Positions 61,502 to 64,000 of a stretch of 64,000 nt of DNA are shown one piece after another. Below the pieces are notes generated by a model. It did not search any database. It worked only from the letters and a program-made list of their open reading frames with translations, and was not told where the DNA came from. The first letter of the stretch is position 1. Each line of letters opens with the position of its first letter. Both the position numbers and the translations under genes were made by a program. The stretch is taken from contig NC_082714.1 of NCBI RefSeq assembly GCF_030144855.1, forward strand, positions 94,550,001 to 94,614,000, written 5' to 3'. Origin of the DNA: Hypanus sabinus (lineage: Eukaryota).

Positions 61502-62269
61502 CCCACTCCTCACTGTTCCGTGGGGCAGTCAGAAATTCCGAAATTAGTACCTTTGGGTACCTGCTTCTCAGCTACCTTACTAACTCCCTGTATTCTTTTT
61601 TTCCAGACCTGCTCTCTTTTTCTTCCTATGGACAGAAGCACGTCGGACCATGGCACCTGATAGGCAAATTTCTATCTTTCTCCTTGATTCTAGTGTACCG
61701 TATTATTGTTGCCATCCTGTTAAGTTCCCTGCCCGTCTGAGCCAGACAACCGGACTCACTGCCAGAGGCATGTCTCTGCTGCTTCACCCAGGTAGGTCGT
61801 ACACCTCCCCCGCCCCCAAGAGTACTTTTTCTGGGGAACGGCAACTGGTGTGCTCTCCAATATCTGAAGTTCTTCCTTCCCTCTCGTGACAGTCACACAT
61901 TTAACTGTCTCCTTTTCCTTGGGGTGACGACTTCACTGCAGCTCCTGTGTATCAGTAGCTCACTTTCCCTAACAAGCCGAAGACCAACAAGCTGCAATGC
62001 TGTTTCCTTATACGGTCTCTAAGGAGCTGCATTGCGATGCATCTGGCGCAGAGGATCAGCGTGTTTGTCGGATGTCTCACTCATCTTGTCCTGCTCAGCT
62101 CCAGAGGTGACTTGCGGGATTCACAACAGAGATGGGTCAGCACAAAGAACCAGACCGTAACGTGCCAAGCAGTAAAACAGGTGCACCCACATACATAACA
62201 GTATATCCATCAACGGGCATGAAGCAGGATTAGGAGATAGCGTTAAGCAGCATTGGATCTCGGGACAGA

Positions 62270-62520
62270 GTGCGACCGAGAGAGAGAGTGAGAGGAGAGC
62301 AAGGGAACGCAAGAGGAGAGGGTGGATGGAGAGGGGAGAGTGAGACTAGGAGAGAGAGAATGGCAGACAAGCAGACATACAGCAGACGGATAGATACAGA
62401 CAGATATAGGTGCAAGGGATGAATCATGGATGAAGAGAGAGAGAGATAAAGAAACAAACAGACGCAGGGGTGAACAGATGGATAGAGAGAGATACAGACC
62501 GACAGAAATAATGGAAGGGA
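62270..62520. repeat. GA-rich low-complexity tract
   Basis: Imperfect GAGA/GACA repeats. Confidence 0.7.
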
Positions 62521-62929
62521 TCACTGGGGACTGCAGACAGTGTTGTTGATTTCCAATGGTGACACCTATTTTGAAGGGGGAAAAAATCTGATGTAAGGAA
62601 CAGCGCCACAAGATGGCCAAGTACATTTGGAGGGCTAATCGTGATAAATTTATGTATTGCTGTTTTAATGAAATGTATTACCTGTCAGGGAAATACAGTG
62701 AAACCAAACAAATGGGCCCTTGTTCATGTCCGCACACTTAGCAAGGATCCCTTTGAAACGAATCGATATGCTCCAAGATCGAGGCCTCTACACCTCCTTG
62801 TGCAACTGAATCCTCGATTTCCTTACTGGCAGACGTCAGTCTGTACGGATGGACAACAACATCTCTTCCACAATCGCATTCAGCATGAAACTCTTTCTTG
62901 ATCCTAAACTGAGTATGTTTTTCCAAGAT

Positions 62930-63830
62930 AAACCATAAGATCAGAAAACATGGGAGCAGGATCAGGACATTGTGCCCATCGAGTCCATCATAGTGATTGG
63001 CTTATTATCCTTCTCAATCCCATTCTACTGTAACCTTTGAAGCCCTCACTAATCAAGCCCCTGTTAACCCTCGCTCTAAATATATCCAATGACTTAGCCT
63101 ACACAGACATTTGTGGCAATGAATTCCATAGATTCAAACCCTCCTGGCAAAAGTAATTCTTCATCATCTGATTTCAAAATTGGACATTTGTATTTTCTGT
63201 GGCTCAGCCTCTATTCCTAGACTCCCTCACTATAGGAAACATACTCTTCACCACCAATTTATCGAGATATTTCAATATTCGATAAGTTGCAACGAGATCT
63301 CCTCCCCCTCCCCATCTACTATTTTAATCTCCAGCGGGTACAGGCTCATAGCCATCAAACATTCCTTATAGTTTAAACTTTAGTACCCAGGCTCATTCTT
63401 GTGAACCTCCTCTGCACGTTCTGCAATGACAGCGTGTCTTTCCTGAGATAAGGAAACATACTCAGTAATGCTAAGTAAGCCCACTGCTTCTTTTCTGCAC
63501 CGTAGTCATCTTCAAGTCGGATTCCCTGCTGATTGAATTCCTCCTTTAATGTCCAATATGGGCTCGTCTAGAACAGGAGTGTGCAGCCTCAGAATAGAGG
63601 GGCGTTCATTTAGAACAGAAAGGGGAAGGAATTTCTTTAGCCAGAGTGTGATAAATATGTGAAATTAATTGTCACAAGCGCTTTTTGAGGCCAAGCCATT
63701 GCGTATGTTCAAATTGGAGATTGATTCTTGATTAGGCTGCACGTCGAAGATTACGGGAGAAGGCAGGAAAATAGGGTTTGAAAAATGAATGGGGAAGTAG
63801 CCTCATTCAGCTCCTACGGCTTATGGTCTC
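62930..63830. mobile_element. Two CR1 3' fragments (62930-63430 minus, 63590-63830 plus)
   Basis: Characteristic CR1 3'-region and tail sequences in opposite orientations. Confidence 0.65.
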
Positions 63831-64000
63831 ATAACGCACTAAATGCAGCAGCCGCTTAAGCATAGCAGGATCCCAATGCAGCACCACCAATATGCCGATT
63901 GGTGAACAAGTGTAGGGGAGTCATGCAAAAGGTTATCGCAACCCTTCCACCGTCAATACTGGGAACCACCCCCAACGCCGCTCAATGAACCGGCAGTGGA

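Larger units (their letters stand above)
53700..62100 (-). mobile_element. Long degenerate CR1 LINE hosting a solo LTR, a Rex1 fragment and a chromovirus-type element
   Basis: 3' tail near 53710 and RT remnants (54930-55319, 56043-56288). CR1 sequence is collinear across 54052/54908 and across 57851/61502. Confidence 0.75.

Overview
Repeat-dense vertebrate genomic DNA, almost certainly from a cartilaginous fish; a batoid (ray/skate) is my inference. Host-gene content is immune-related. (1) The 3' end (TM exon plus two cytoplasmic exons, 1065-4669, +) of an unidentified type I membrane receptor. Its tail carries an ITSM/ITIM-like TTYATL and a terminal YSLQ. (2) An immunoglobulin light-chain type I (sigma-2/sigma-cart, NS5-like) L-VJ-C cluster with a germline-joined VJ exon (15108-18979). 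It is now a pseudogene, and its C exon is split by a CR1 LINE. (3) A second, roughly 74%-identical paralogous cluster (48572-48860). Its V exon was hit by a minimal LTR element, and its J and C were then removed by a deletion that can be mapped from the flanks. The two clusters form an old tandem duplication. The rest is mobile DNA: a full-length but decayed Gmr1-like Gypsy element (PR-IN-RT-RH order, SCAN-like gag, 41620-48203), its solo LTR, an RT-deleted second Gmr1-like element, two Tf1/sushi-type (chromovirus-like) elements with a covarying self-priming structure, an ERV-like 5' LTR with a tRNA-Ser PBS, many CR1 and Rex1/Babar LINE fragments, microsatellites and one 200-N gap. All family assignments come from motif recognition and hand alignment. 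No database search was run, and most repeat boundaries are approximate.
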